Assembly (NCBI GenBank): GCA_038087875.1
Contig: CM075997.1
Coordinates: 6,946,001-7,010,000, forward strand
Length of the DNA stretch: 64,000 bases
DNA from: Malacoraja senta
Lineage: Eukaryota
Direction: 5' to 3'
In this document: in pieces, positions 11,949-26,360 of the stretch
Layout: each line of letters opens with the position of its first letter
How positions within the stretch are numbered: position 1 is the stretch's first letter
Program-made: the position numbers and the translations under genes
Notes under the pieces: generated by a model
What the model saw: only the letters and a program-made list of their open reading frames with translations
What the model was told of the DNA's origin: nothing
The model's database searches: none

Positions 11949-14900
11949 GAATTTGACGATATAATGAGGAAAACTGTTCAAGGCGGACAGCTCCTTTTTA
12001 AAGGGGTGAGATTCAGTATTTACCGAGATTATCCGGCAGAAGTCTTCAAGAAAAGAGCGCTGTTCACTGAGACAAAAAGAATACTGAAGAATATACCGGG
12101 TTTGAGATACGGCCTGCTTTATCCCGCAAGACTAAGAGTCTCCTTCAAATCCAAGGAGCTATTTTTTACAGACCACGAAAAAGCACTGGAATACGCCAAA
12201 GAAACCGAGAACTTGACCGTAGACTGAAGAATTTACTTTACGTCTTAGGAGTCAAGGACTAACAGGACCGCCAGATCTAAAAGGACCTTTAAAGTTCTTT
12301 TAAGAGCTTTAAGGCCATTCGAAAACCGAAATGGACGGAGAACATTGGAGAAAATCGGGATCTTTGTATTGTTTATTTTTTTATTTTATTAATTTTACTA
12401 GTCATTGTTATAATCTGTATACTCACACCTAACTACAACTAATACTTATTTAATATCCACATTACTACTAAAATTATTAACATTAACTTCTCTCATAAAA
12501 ATTTAATACTGTATTGATGGATAACAATGATTAATAATTAATAGTCTTTGATTAAGGTAGAGATGAATTACATACTTAGATTATAAAAGAGGATATGCAA
12601 GAGGTAAATTTGCCTAGGTCATAATAAAACTTGACGGTTTTCCTCTTTGATTTTCAAATCAAAATTAAATTTATAGATTTAGCGAAGAAAATAATATAAC
12701 ATGTAGAGAACAATAACGTTGTGAATTTTTGCTGTTCTTGAGTTTGTCTGCAGGGATACGTGCTTGTAAATGTACGCACATGGGTATATATACATATTTA
12801 TATGTATGTATGGTGTGTGTGTGTAGGTATGGGTATGTATATAAGTTTGTTACTCCCAAAGAAGTTATTTGAATGTTAGAAATAATCTTTTTTTTTTTCT
12901 TCGGGCACGGAGCTGGGAATTTTTTTTTTACAAAGGCTACGGAAGTCTTTAGAATTCTAGCCACGTTAGTGTGGCTATCACTAACTACACTAATTGTAGA
13001 TGTAGTTCTTTTTCTTTCACCCTTTACTAATCAACTCTATCACTTCTTTCACTTTAAATATTTTTATAACTCAACGTTTGAATGGAAAAACAAGTCTAAT
13101 ACAAGGAGATGTGTTCGGAAGAGCGATGTATATGATTTTATATTCATCTATCTGAAGCTCGGTAGCAGGATCAGGTTCTACGTGTTGTACTTTCCTGCTC
13201 GGCTATAGACCACCTTAGAAACAATATGCAAGATGTTAATATGACAAGAGGGGGTCAGGGAATAACATTTTGTAGCTGGAATGTCAAGGGAATCAATGAA
13301 CCAATTAAGAGAGGTAAAGTTTTGGCACATCTAAACCTAATCAAAACAGATATAATATTCCTCCAAGAAACGCACCTTAAAAAGGAATCCCAACATAGAC
13401 TTAAAGCAAAGTGGATCGCTGAATCATATCATTCCTCTTTTTCCCATAAATCCAGAGGAGTTGCAATATTAATTCGTAAAGGAATACATTTTACGAACTC
13501 TTCAACAATAGTGGATATAGATGGTAGATATATTATATTAGTAGGAGAGTTAAATGGAGAAAAAGTGATTCTTCTTAATGTATATGGGCCTAACTTTGAT
13601 AACCCCATGTTTTTTAATAAAACATTTAACAAAATTCCTGAATTTACACAATATAAATTAATAATTGGAGGAGACTTTAACTGTACATTAGATTCATACT
13701 TAGATAGATCTTCAAGGCAAAAAAAAGTAAAATCTCAATCAAGTGTATTTTTAAATTCATTTATTAATACCACTAATATTAAAGATGTCTGGAGAATAGA
13801 AAACCCAACTGGACGGGAATACTCATTTTACTCACCAGTACATAAAACATACTCAAGAATAGATTATTTTTTGGTTGACTCTAGGTTTATCCCATTTATT
13901 TATAATTCAAAATACCATAACATTATAATCTCAGATCACGCACCTGTAACATTCATGATTAAATTAAATGGAATGTCCGAGAAACAAACATATTGGAGAT
14001 TTAACCCACAAATTTTGAACGAAAGATCATGCCAGGAATATATTATTAAACAGATTCAAATATTTTTTGAGGTAAATGACAACCCTGACACACCTACTTC
14101 TCTTATGTGGGAAACATTTAAAGCGTTTGTTCGTGGTACATTAATTTCCGCTCAAGCATTTTATAATAAAGAGAACAGGATTAAACAACAAACATTGGAA
14201 AGGGAAATCAAGCAACTAGATATAGAAAATGCGAGAACGCCATCTATTTTAAAACATAATAAAATTGCTGTATTGAAATATAAATTAAATAAAATGTATT
14301 CAGAACAAGTAATAAAACTTTATCAAAAAACCAAACAATTACATTTTGAATTTGGAGACAAACCACAAAAACTATTAGCACGTCAGTTACGAAAAATGGA
14401 AGGGGAAAAAATAATTCATAAAATTAGAACAGAGACAGGAGAATTATTAAAAATGCCCAAGGACATAAATGATAGATTTCTCCAATACTATCATAACCTT
14501 TATTCAACTAAAACCGTAGGACAATCAGAAGGAATAGCAGATTTTTTACTAAAATGTAATTTAAAAGGTTTAGATTCAAACGATAGAGAATTATTAGAAA
14601 GGGAGATTACCATAAAAGATATTGAGGAGTCAATCGGCTCTTTAAAAAATGGGAAAGCAGTAGGACCAGATGGTTTAGGCTCCGAATTTTATAAAAAATT
14701 TCATGACTTGCTTTGTCCACGTTTACAAAGGTTGTATGAGTATATCTATACTCAACAGAAACTTCCAGACACCTTAAATGAATCTATAATAACACTTATT
14801 CCTAAAGCTGATAAAGATCTGGAAGACCCGGGATCATATAGAGCAATCGCACTTTTAAATACAGATCAGAAAATATTAACTAAAATACTAGCGAATAGAT

Positions 14901-17405
14901 TAAGTACAATGATGAATAAATTAATACACCCTGATCAAACAGGCTTTATTCAGAAACGGTACTCATATTATAACCTAAGAAGATTATTTAATATTATATA
15001 TTCCAAGAGAAATATTAATGAAGATCTAGCAATAATCTCACTTGACGCTGAAAAGGCATTTGATCAGGTCGAATGGTCTTACTTATTTTCGGTGATGGAA
15101 AATATGCAGTTAGGGGAGACATTCTGTACATGGATAAAACTGTTATATACAAATCCCACGGCTAGAATATTTACAAACCAAAGGTTGTCATCTAAATTTA
15201 GTCTATCTAGAGGTTGTAGACAAGGATGCCCGTTATCTCCATTATTATTTGCGCTTGCTATTGAGCCACTTGCAGAAAGAGTCAGGGGGCATCCGGAAAT
15301 ACACGGATATAACACAAAGGACACAGTGAATAAGATTTCTCTATATGCAGATGATGTATTAATTTATATTACAAAACCAGAAATTAGTATTCCAAACTTA
15401 TTAAAGCTAATAACCCAATTTGGTTCACTTTCAGGATACAGAATAAATTGGAATAAAAGTGAAATTATGCCAATAAGGGAACATAACAAACAGATAATAC
15501 AACAATATCCATTTAAAATAGTAAAGGAAAAATTTAAATATCTAGGTATTTATATAACTAAGAAATATACATCATTATTTAAAGCAAATTTTCCACCATT
15601 ACTAAATAAACTACATAAGAATATTCAATACTGGTAAACACTTCCTATCTCAATGGTAGGCAAAATTAATGCCATAAAAATGATTTTTTTACCGCAAATA
15701 TTATACCTGTTTCAGACATTACCGATATATCTGGCAAAAACCTTTTTTAAAAAACTGGACTCTATTGTTAATGATTTTATCTGGGATTATAAGAATCATA
15801 GGATAAACAAAAGACATTTGTGTAAATCAAAAATAAATGGAGGCTTGGTTTTACCCAACTTTTTGTTTTATTTCTGGGCAGTTAATATTAAAAATATGAA
15901 TTTCTGGTTGGAAGAAATAGATCATCAACCAGACTGGTTAAAAATGGAAAAGGAAGATTGTTTACCTTTTGATATCGGTTCGATTTTATTTGCTACGTCT
16001 AAATTAAACAAAAAAAATTATAGGGAAAACCCTATAATATTTAGTGCTATACGAATTTGGAAACAATTAAAAAATACATTAACATTAGATAATTTATCAC
16101 TTTTTCTTCCAATTGTGAATAACCCTTTGTTTAAGCCTTCATGGTTGGACGGGGGTTTTACACAATGGAAGAATTATGGAATTAAAAATATGGGACAACT
16201 TTACAAGGAAGGCACTTTTCTGACATTTCAGGAGTTGCAACAGACTTACGGACTTCGAGGAAATGATTACTTCAGATATCTTCAACTTAGAGATTACGTA
16301 AAATCAAATACTCAAAATTTTAGAATTAGAAATTCAGAAATTCTTGATGAATGTTGGAACAAACATCCTAATACAGAAAAATTAATATCTTATATATATA
16401 ATATCTTATTAGACAGTGACATTCCATCGACGGACTTACACAGACAAACATGGGAAAAAGAATTAAATCAAATAATAACGAAAGATACTTGGGAAGAAAG
16501 TTTGCAACACATACATCAATGTTCATTAAACGCCAGACATTCTCTAATACAATTTAAAGTAATACATAGGTTACATTATTCCAAAACAAAACTACATAAA
16601 ATTTTTCAACATATCTCACCTATATGTGATAAATGTCAACATTTAGAAGCTACCTTATCTCATATGTTTGCAAACTGTATAAAAATTAAACAATTCTGGG
16701 TAAATATTTTCAGTATAATATCTAAAGTAACCAGCACACAATTGGACCCAGACCCAAAATTAATAATACTTGGAATATTAGAATTAAATCAAACATTTAG
16801 AACAACACAAAGAAACTTTATTGATTATAGTTTAATAACAGGAAAAAAATTAATTCTAAAATTTTGGAAAGGCCCTACGACCCCCACAATCAAAATGTGG
16901 ATTATAGAAATGACGGAGACCTTAAACGTGGAACGAATCAGACTCTCCCTGTTGGACAAACAGGAATTATTCATTGGAACATGGTCTCCTTTTATTGATT
17001 ACCTAAAGGGTCAGAACAGTTCAGCACAGGAACCTGACTAACACCCGGGCTAAAGAATGGATGAAATGCTATATCTAGAAATGTACGAATATATCTCGAA
17101 TGAAGTTTTCTATTTTAATAAATTTTTCCATTCTCCTTTAACTATCTTTTCTCAATTTTTTTTGTTTTTTTTTTTGTTTTGTTATTAATTTTTTTTTTTT
17201 TTCTCTTCTCTTTCTTTTCTTTCTTTACTTCATCTTTCTCTTTAGTTCTATTTAGTTTAAAAAAAAAAAAGCAAAAAGTATTGGAGACATTGTAATAATA
17301 TTTAACAATATTATCAATTTAAAAATGTAAGACTGTAAGACTGTAATGATGTAACTAGGTTGTGTACGCATCTCCAATAAAAAAATATTAATTAAAAAAA
17401 AAAAA
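11949..17405 (+). mobile_element. Young 5'-truncated L1 ('L1-Y') inserted in L1-X ORF2
   Basis: TSD AGATTACACTTAAAG at 11934-11948 and 17406-17420; ORF1 C-terminus 11964..12227; ORF2; AATAAA at 17376 and poly(A); empty site at ~30464. Confidence 0.95.
13226..17041 (+). pseudogene. L1-Y ORF2 (APE endonuclease-RT-Cys/His C-terminus) with one in-frame stop
   Basis: 803-aa and 462-aa ORFs in the same frame; TAA at 15635-15637 where relatives read W-K-T-L-P. Confidence 0.92.
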
Positions 17406-18037
17406 AGATTACACTTAAAGAAATAGAAGAAAGGATAAATTCGTTGAAGAATGGTAAAACGCCAGGACCAGATGGCTTTAGTAATGGATTCTATAAACGA
17501 TTTTACGAGATAATTGCCCCACGCTTACAAAAATTATACGCACATGCTTTTAAAGAAAATATACTACCAGAAACACTAGCCGAATCAACTATTACACTTA
17601 TACTTAAAACAGATAACGATCTCGGAGAACCAGTTTATATAGAGCCATAGCACTCTTAAATACAGATCAGAAAATATTAGCAAAGACCCTAGCGAGAATA
17701 TTAAGTAAATACTTTAGTAAGCTAATAAACCCGGATCAAACGAGGTTTATACCCAAGAGATACCCATCCATCAATTTGAGACGTTTGTCTAATATAATGT
17801 ATTCACATAAAACTGAAGAAGAAGATGTATCACTTATTTCATTGGACGCAGAAAAAGCATTTGATCAAGTAGAATGGCAATATCTGTTTAAAGTATTGCA
17901 CTAATTTAATATGGGAAAGAACATTATCTCATGGATAAAATTACTATATGATAAGCCGATGCTAGAATGCTGATCAATAACATGTTATCTTCGAAATTTC
18001 AATTATCAAGGGGCAATAGACAGGGGTGTGCATTATC

Positions 18038-21000
18038 ATAGAAACTAGAAACATAGAAAATAGGTGCAGGAGTAGGCCATTCGGCCCTTCGAGCCTGCAC
18101 CGCCATTCAATATGATCACGACTGATCATCCAACTCAGTATCCTGTACCTGCCTTCTCTCCATACCCCCTGATACCTTTAGCCACTAGGGCCACATCTAA
18201 CTCCCTCTTAAATATAGCCAATGAACAGGCCTCAACTACCTTTTGTGGCAGAGAATTCCAGAGATTCACCACTCTCTGTGTGACTTTTTTTTTTCTCATC
18301 TCGGTCCTAAAAGATTTCACCCTTTTCCTAAACTGTGACCCCTTGTTCTGGACTTCACCAACATCGGGAACCATCTTCCTGCATCTAGCCTGTCCAACCC
18401 CTTAAGAATTTTGTAAGTTTCTATAAGATCCCCCCTCAATCTTCTAAATTCTAGCGAGTACAAGCCAAGTCTATCCAGTCTTTCTTCATATGAAAGTCCT
18501 GACATCCCAGGAATCATTCTGGTGAGCCTTCTCTGTACTCCCTCTATGGCAAGAATGTCTTTCCTCAGATTAGGAGACCAAAACTGTACGCAATACTTCA
18601 GGTGTGGTCTCACCATGACCCTGTACAACTGCAGTAGAACCTCCCTGCTCCTATACTAAAATCCTTTTGCTATGAATGCTAACATACCATTCGCTTTTTT
18701 CACTGCCTGCTGCACCTGCATGCCTAATTTCAATGACTGGTGTACCATGACACCCTGGTCTCGTTGCATCTCCCTTTTTCCTAATCGGCCACCATTCAGG
18801 TAATAGTCTACTTTCCTGTTTTTGTCAGCAAAGTGGATAACCTCACATTTATCCACATTATACTGCATCTGCCATGCATTTGCCCACTCACCCAGCCTAT
18901 CCAAGTCATCTGGCAGTCTCCTAGCACCCTCCTCACAGCTAACACTGCCCTCCCAGCTTCGTGTCATTCGCAAACTTGGAGATGTTGCATTCAATTCCCT
19001 CGTCCAAATCAATAATATATATGTATATAGCTGGGGTCCCAGCACTGAGCCTTGCGGTACCCCACTAGTCACTGCCTGCCGTTCTGAAAATGACCAGTTT
19101 ACTCCTACTCTTTGCTTCCTGTCTGCCAGCCAGTTCTCTATCCACATCAATATTGAACCCCCGATACCGTGTGCTTTAAGTTTGTATTCTAATCTCTTAT
19201 GTGGGACTTTGTCGAAAACCTTCTGAAAGTCCAGATATAACACATCCACTGGTTCTCCCTTATCCACTCCACTAGTTACATCCTCGACAAATTCTATAAG
19301 ATTCGTCAGACATGATTTACCTTTCATAAATCCATGCTGACTTTGTCGAATGATTTCACCATTTTCCAAACGTGCTGCTGTCCCATCTTTAATAACTGAC
19401 TCTAGCAGTTTCCCCACTACCGATGTTAGACTAACTGGTCTGTAATTCCCCATTTTCTCTCTGCCTCCCTTTTTAAAAAGTGGGGTTACATTAGCTACCC
19501 TCCAATCCTCATGAACTACTCCAGAACCTAAAGAGTTTTGAAAAATTATCACTAATGCATCCAATATTTCTGGGGGTACTTCCTTAAGTACTCTGGGATG
19601 CAGCCTATCTGGCCCTGGGGATTTATCGGCCTTTAATCCATTCACTTTACCTAGCACCACTTCCCGGCTAACCTGGATATCACTCAGTTCCTCCATCTCA
19701 TTTGACCCCCGGTCCCCTGCTATTTCCGGCAGATTATTTATGTCTTCCTCAGTGAAGACAGAACCAAAGTAGTTATTCAATTGGTCTGCCATGTCCTTGT
19801 TCCACATGATCAGTTCACCTGTTTCTGACTGCAAGGGACCTACATTTGTTTTAACTCTGCTTTTTCTCTTCACATATGTATAAAAACTTTTGCAGTCAGT
19901 TTTTATGTTCCCTGCCAGTTTTCTTTCATAATCTATTTCCCCTTTCCTAAATAAGCCCATTGTCCTCCTCTGCAGGACTGAATTTCTCCCAGACCTCTTG
20001 TAGGCTGCTTTTTCTGGCTAATTTGTATGCTTCATATTTTGTTTTGATACTATCCCTGATTTCCCTTGTTATCCACGGATGCACTACCTTCCCTGGTTTA
20101 TTCTTTGGTCAAACTGGGATGAACAATTGTTGTAGTTCATCCATGCAGCCGTTAAATGCCTTCCATTGCATATCCACCGTCAACCCTTTAAGAATCAATT
20201 GCCAGTCTATCTTGGCCAATTCACGTCTCATACCCTCAAAGTTACCTTTCTTTAAGTTCAGAACCATTTGTTCTGAATTAATTATGTCACTCTCCATCCT
20301 AATGAAGAACTCAATCATATTATGGTCACTCTTGCCCAAGTGGCCACGCACAACAAGACTGCTAACTGACCCTTCCTCATTGCTCAATACCCAGTCTAGA
20401 ATAGCCTGCTCTCTCGTTGGTTCCTCTACATGTTGGTTTAGAAAACTAACCCACATACATTCCAAGAAATCCTCTTCCTCAGCACACCTGCCAATTTGAT
20501 TCACCCAATCTATATGTAGATTGAAGTCACCCATTATAACTGTTTTACCTTTGTTGCACGCATTTCTAATTTCCTGTTTGATGCCATCCCCAACTAGACT
20601 ACTACCGTTAGGTGGCCTGTACACAACTCCCACTAGCGTTTTCTGCCCCTTAGTGTATCGCAGCTCTACCCATATTGATTCCACATCCTCCAAGCTAATG
20701 TCCTTCTTTTCTATTGCGTTTACTCCTCTCTAACCAGCAACGCTACCCCACCTCCTTTTCCTTTCTGTCTATCCCTCCTGAATATTGAATATCCCTGGAT
20801 GTTCAGCTCCCAGCCTTGGTCACCCTGTAGCCATGTCTCCGTGATCCCAACTATATAATAGTCATTAATAGATAACTGCACATTCAACTCATCCACCTTA
20901 TTACGAATGCTCTTTGCATTGATGTACAAAGCCTTCAGGCTTGTTTTTACAACACTCTTACCCCTTATACAATTATGTTGAAAAGTGGCCATTTTTTATT

Positions 21001-21859
21001 TTTGCCCTGGATTTGTCTGCCTGCCACTTTTACTTTTCACCATGCTACCTATTGCTTCTACCCTCATTTTACACCTCTCTCTGCTCACACAATTAAGAAA
21101 CCCGTTCCCTTTAACTCCATCCTCGACTATCCCATTTGACACCCCACCCCCTTATTCAGTTTAAAACCACCCGTGTAGCAGTGGCAAACCTGCCTGTCAG
21201 AATGCTGGTCCCCCATCTGTTAAGATGCAATCCGTCCATTTGTACACTCCCCCCCAGTGATCTAAGAATCTAAATCCCTGCCCCGTGCACCAGCTCCTCA
21301 GCCACACATTTAGGTCCCGTATCTCCCTGTTCCTGCTCTCGCCCGCACGAGGAATTGGAAGCAAACCGGAGATAACAACCCTGGAGGTCCTGCTTTTCAG
21401 CATTTTCCGAGCTCTCTAAAGTCACGCTGCAGAATATTCATCCCCTTCTTTCCAACGTCGTTTGTGCCGACATGCACTACCACTTCCGGCTGTTCACCTT
21501 CGCCCTTGAGGATTTTCTGCACTCTGTCCGTGATATCCTGGATCCTGGCACCAGGAAGGCAGCACACCATCCTCGAATCCCGTCTGTTGCCGCAGATACC
21601 CCTGTCCGTACTTCTCACAATGGAGTCTCCAACTACAACGGCGTTGCCTGACGTTGGCCTCTTTGGCTTTGCCTCAACAGCCCTTTGTGTATTAACGTCT
21701 TCTGTCCCGACAGCTTCTAAGTGGGTGAACCTGTTCACAAGAGGTACAGCACACGGGGACGTTTGCATTCCATGCTTCCCTCCCTTTCTCGCCGTCACCC
21801 ACCTTCTCTCTTCCAGTACCTTAGGTGTAACAATCTTACTGTAGGACTTGTCAAGGAAC
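18038..21859 (-). mobile_element. Near-complete CR1 LINE (partial ORF1 plus frameshifted ORF2) inserted in L1-X ORF2
   Basis: EN (YINAKSIRNK, GITETWL, MGDFN, KSDH) and RT (LDFQKVFDKVPH, GVPQGSVLGP) pieces; (AGAAACAT)n tail at 18038; probable TSD TTATC/TTGTC; host resumes at 21865. Confidence 0.92.
21197..21859 (-). pseudogene. CR1 ORF1 SGNH/GDSL esterase-like domain (frameshifted)
   Basis: VVVGDSIVR, CCLPGARIQD, VVVHVGTND, VVISGLLP motifs. Confidence 0.85.
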
Positions 21860-24800
21860 TTGTCGCCCCCTGCTATTTGCTCCTGTGATAGAGCCCCTAG
21901 CCGAAAGTATAATAAGCCATCCGAATATTCATGGTTATGATACCAAACATTCAAATAATAAAATTTCATTATACGCAGACGATGTATTATTATACATTAC
22001 AAATTCGCAAATTAGTATACCAAATATATTAAAATTAATAGAGGAATATGGTTCCTTTTCAGGATATAGAATAAATTGGAATAAACGCGAAATTATGACG
22101 ATAAAACCTCAAGAGCCGACATCTGTTCAAATTATCCTTTAAGATTGCAACAGAAAAATGTAAGTATTTGGGTATTCAAATTACTAGAAAATATAAATCA
22201 TTATTTAATGCAAACTACATGCCTTTACGAACTAAATTGAATGCGTTGATTAAATTCTGGAAAACACTGCCGATGTCTTTAATAGGCAGAATAAATGCTA
22301 TAAAAATCATCTTTCTACCACAAATTCTGTATCTATTTCAATCAATACCAATATATTTACCAAAACATTTCTTAAAAAAATTAGACTCTGATATTACAAA
22401 TTTCATATGGAAGTATAAATCACATAGAATTCAAAGAAAACATCTGTGTAAACTAAAAGAATTTGGGGGACTGACATTCCCCAACTTTCTGTACCACTAT
22501 TGGGCAGTGAATATCAAAAATATAATTTATTGGTTGGACAGCTCTGCCCAACAAGTAGACTAGATAAGAATGGAGAAAGAGGATTGTTTTCAGTTTAATA
22601 TAGGAGCGATTCTTCTCTCCCCGCTAAAATTTAGCAATACAATATATAAGAAGAATCCAATTATTCACATCACAATACGAATTTGGAAACAAATAAAATT
22701 AACTTTAAAATTAAGAAATTTAACGCTTCATTCCCCAATAGTTAACAAAATCCCTCATTCAAACCATCTATTATTGATAAAACGTTTACCCATTGGGAAA
22801 GAATAGGAAATAAAATGATTGGAGATATGTATGAAATGGTAAGCCTTCTATCATTTCAACAATTGCAATTAAAATACAGCCTGAAAAGTAATCAATATTT
22901 CAAATACCTTCAAAGCCGAGTTTCTTTGTAAAAAAAACACATACAAGGATATCAAACTCTAACCTCAGATTTACTAGACGAAGGACTGAACAGAAAGGCA
23001 GAATCAAGCAATTTAATATCATATTTATATAATATCATTTTAAATATAGAAATACCATCGACAGAAGCAATTAGAATGGACTGGGAACGAGAATTATTGA
23101 TAAAAATTCCGAAAGACAGATGGAAAAAATACTTGCTATATGTACACAAATGTTCGATTAATGTAATATATAACTTAACTCAATTTAACATTTTACATAG
23201 ATTATATTACTGAAAAACTAGACTGAATAATTTTTTTTCAAGTGTCTCCCCCATTTGTGACAAATGCATCTCAAAATGCCACTATATCATACTCTTTTGT
23301 CTCCTGCACAAAATTTATAAATTCTAAAATGAAATTTTTGGAATTATTACAAAACTATTTAATATAAAACTGAACCCTAATACAGAACTGATTATCTTCG
23401 GATCAATGGAAGACGGACATAAGCTAAATACGTTTCAAAAATCTTTCTTTAATTATGGCTTAATAACGGCAAAAAATATATACTTAAATTTTGGAAAAAC
23501 GCCTCTACACCAACGCTTAAAATGTGGATTTCAAATATGTCGGAAATGTTACATCTTGAAGAAATGAGATTCCTCCTATCAGGCGAAGCAGACCAATTCT
23601 TAATGATTTCGTCTCCTTTTATCGACTTTTTACAAGCACATAGTGCAACACAACCGTAGAAATTAAATGTTTCAGAACCGGGTGAGGGGTGGGTAAAGAT
23701 ATTAAATAGGTCTATCTCTCTTAATCTCTTTCCTTTTATTTCCTTCATTTTTTCTACTTCCTTTCTTTCCTTTCTTTTTTTCTCTTCACCCTTTTCTACC
23801 TTTTTGTTTACCGGTTTCTTTCTTCGGGCTTTCTTTACTATTTCACGAACTAACACTATCACCACTTCTTACGATACTCTCTCTTCCTCTATCTATCCTT
23901 TCTTCATTTTCTGTTTTATTGTTAAATTAAAAATAATAAGTGGTACATGAACTGTAATATGTCAGTGTGTATTAGGTACTTATGTACTACATTATTGTAC
24001 TTACTTCTAATTTTAAAAAAAAGTTTTCCAACCCGTTGCCTGGAAACAAGGGTCGGAGGTACAGGGAAACGTTGGGCACGCCAGGACTTTATTCCATGTA
24101 GCGCAGCAGGCAGTGCAGTGATCTTATTGAGGTGCATAATATCGTTGGTAGCGTAATGATAATAACACAGGTACATTTGAACAAGTAATTGAGGGCAATG
24201 ATTTAGAGGGAAATGATTCACATGCCGGCAAATGGAAATAGTTCAGATGAAATAAAATACACTATCCCTCTCTATGAAACACGGTAAACCTGTGTCTGAA
24301 GTTTGCGTCAGGTACAGCACCAACAAATACACTGCTTTTAAAAGGCCTGACAAATGTTTGGATAATTAGTTACCACTAAACTCTCGCCTTGAATCAGATG
24401 AATTAAACATCACCACGTGTCCACATGTCTCAAAGATACAGTTTAAGCAGAAAACATGTAATTGGCTGTCATATACATTGGTCATTTTTAATACCAGTCC
24501 CTGCTTATTAAAGTGTTTATTTCAGTTTCCACCGGTACCATGTTTACACTTCATGATGGAAGATATGCTCCCTTGAATGAATTGATAAATAAGCACATAA
24601 ATAAAGTCTGCGTGTGTGGCAGCTTTCTCTGTACCGCTGTGTGGACAGCTGAGGCGTATGAGTTGGTCATTTACACTCAGATCAAACTTGCTGTCTGGTC
24701 TGTGGGATTGAATTCACATCTGCCCGATGACTGGTCTGAAGTTGTTCACTACAAAATAAACAAAATAGTTTGAACAGAGCTACAGCTAGTGTTCACCGGT

Positions 24801-24964
24801 TGGAACTAATACTTAACTCCCCCTTTCTCAGATCTGAAGTTGCACTTTACTTTAGTGCATTATGTGTTTTTCTTTGAATTGTATGCCGGAGAGAGGAAAT
24901 TCGTATTTGTAACTACTGTTAATTAAGATGAAAATAACAAATTAATGCAACTTCACCTGTCGTG

Positions 24965-25450
24965 TTTGCCAGCGTGGATGGACCAGCAAGATGCATTTAG
25001 TGCTCATTACAGATGAGATTAATTATGGATACTGTACTTCTGTTAACCCTTTATATTCAACAATTTGAACTAAAAATAATTTAAGTCAGAATTAATGAGA
25101 TCATGGCACTGCTTATCCACTGACCACACTGATAATGTCACTGCTTATCCAGACCCATCTCTGTCTACACTGACGTCACATACAGGTGATTTCTTTGAAT
25201 GACCCAATCCCAGGACATCTCACATAACAACCAGTTACCCAGTTCTGCCGCGCACTGCTCATATATATTTCACCAATGACACCATTGACATAATTTCCAT
25301 CGTGCTGAGCCACTGCAGATGATTGGACATGTTTGCAGGTTACCTCTCCATGGGTGACCATTGGACAGAACTGCTGTAATTATAATTTTTAAAAGTGTGA
25401 ATAACCTGCTTTGTCTTGAAATGAATCAGTTCTACGATCCCAGGATAGAG
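24965..25450. repeat. Module M, copy 3
   Basis: ACTGATAATGTCACTGCTTATCCAGACCCATCTCTGTCTACACTGACGTCAC..CCCAGGACATCTCACATAACAACC matches 2705-2810. Confidence 0.8.
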
Positions 25451-25769
25451 GTCCGCGGATCCTATTACTTGACACGCAGGAGGAAGAAGGGTGATCTTAT
25501 AAAGTGTACACGATCATGAGAGGAATATATTGGCAAAACACTGCAAACACCAACAGAAAGCTCGGAAGAAGATGATGATTTTCAAAGACTACCTGCTGAA
25601 ATGGCTTCAAAGGAGAGACATATGGAGCAATTGGAACAATCGGTAAGAACTTCAATTACCAAAGACATATAAAATGATACAAGACGGGAACACCGCACTG
25701 GAGAAAAATCTGTCTAAAAAAATTAAACACGGTAATGAGGAAGTGATTGAGCAAATAGCTAATCTAAGG

Positions 25770-26186
25770 AGTTTAAGAAGGAACTGCAGATGCTGGAAAA
25801 TCGAAGGTAAACAAAAATGCTGGAGAAACTCAGCGGGTGCAGCAACCTCTATGGAGCGAAGGAAATAGGCAATATTTCGGGCCGAATCGCTTCTTCAGAC
25901 TGATCCATAGAGTTGAAGGGAAGGTGGGGGGGGGGGGGTCACAGAGGGTGGCAGTTCGAGAGGAGTTTGTGAAACTGTGTCCAGAGAGTAGAGGAGAACT
26001 TCTTCAAAGTAGGCATACCTTGAGGAGATTTCGCAGTGGAGTAGACAAAGAGTTTATGAAGGAACTGCAGATGCTGGAAAATGGAAGGTACATACAAATG
26101 CTGGAGAAACTCAGCGGGTGCAGCAGCATCTATGAAGCGAAGGAAATAGGCAACGTGTCGGGCCGAAAACCTTCTTCACACTGATG
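25770..26186 (-). mobile_element. Duplicate of the PLE-derived hammerhead-motif dimer
   Basis: Near-identical to 8281-8697, at the same position in ORF1. Confidence 0.7.
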
Positions 26187-26360
26187 AAGGAAACGTGTTG
26201 AAGAACTTGAGGAGGATTTAAATACAGAAATCAAGCGGGTTGAAAAAAACTATGACGAGAGGTTTGATTCCATTCTCAATGCTACTAAACATACAACACG
26301 GTTATGGAAGAAATGGAAGAAATGGAAGCTGCAATGAGTGCTATGTCTAAGGAGATAAAG

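Larger units (their letters stand above)
7786..24017 (+). mobile_element. Full-length decayed L1-clade LINE ('L1-X') carrying three nested insertions
   Basis: GC-rich 5' end; ORF1 remnants (LEASSRSQNLRIVGVKEG, IDMAHRV, PRQIIVKFH); ~1.1-kb spacer; frameshifted ORF2 from 10558 (SWNIRG, GGDFN, SDH, SLDAEKAFD, YADD) to ~23660; TSD AAAATGTTTTCCA at 7773-7785 and AAAAAGTTTTCCA at 24018-24030. Confidence 0.9.

Noticed and set aside
24250..24960. Unique-looking stretch with ORF 24513..24773
   Set aside because: Non-ATG start, no recognisable motif, no convincing exon boundaries
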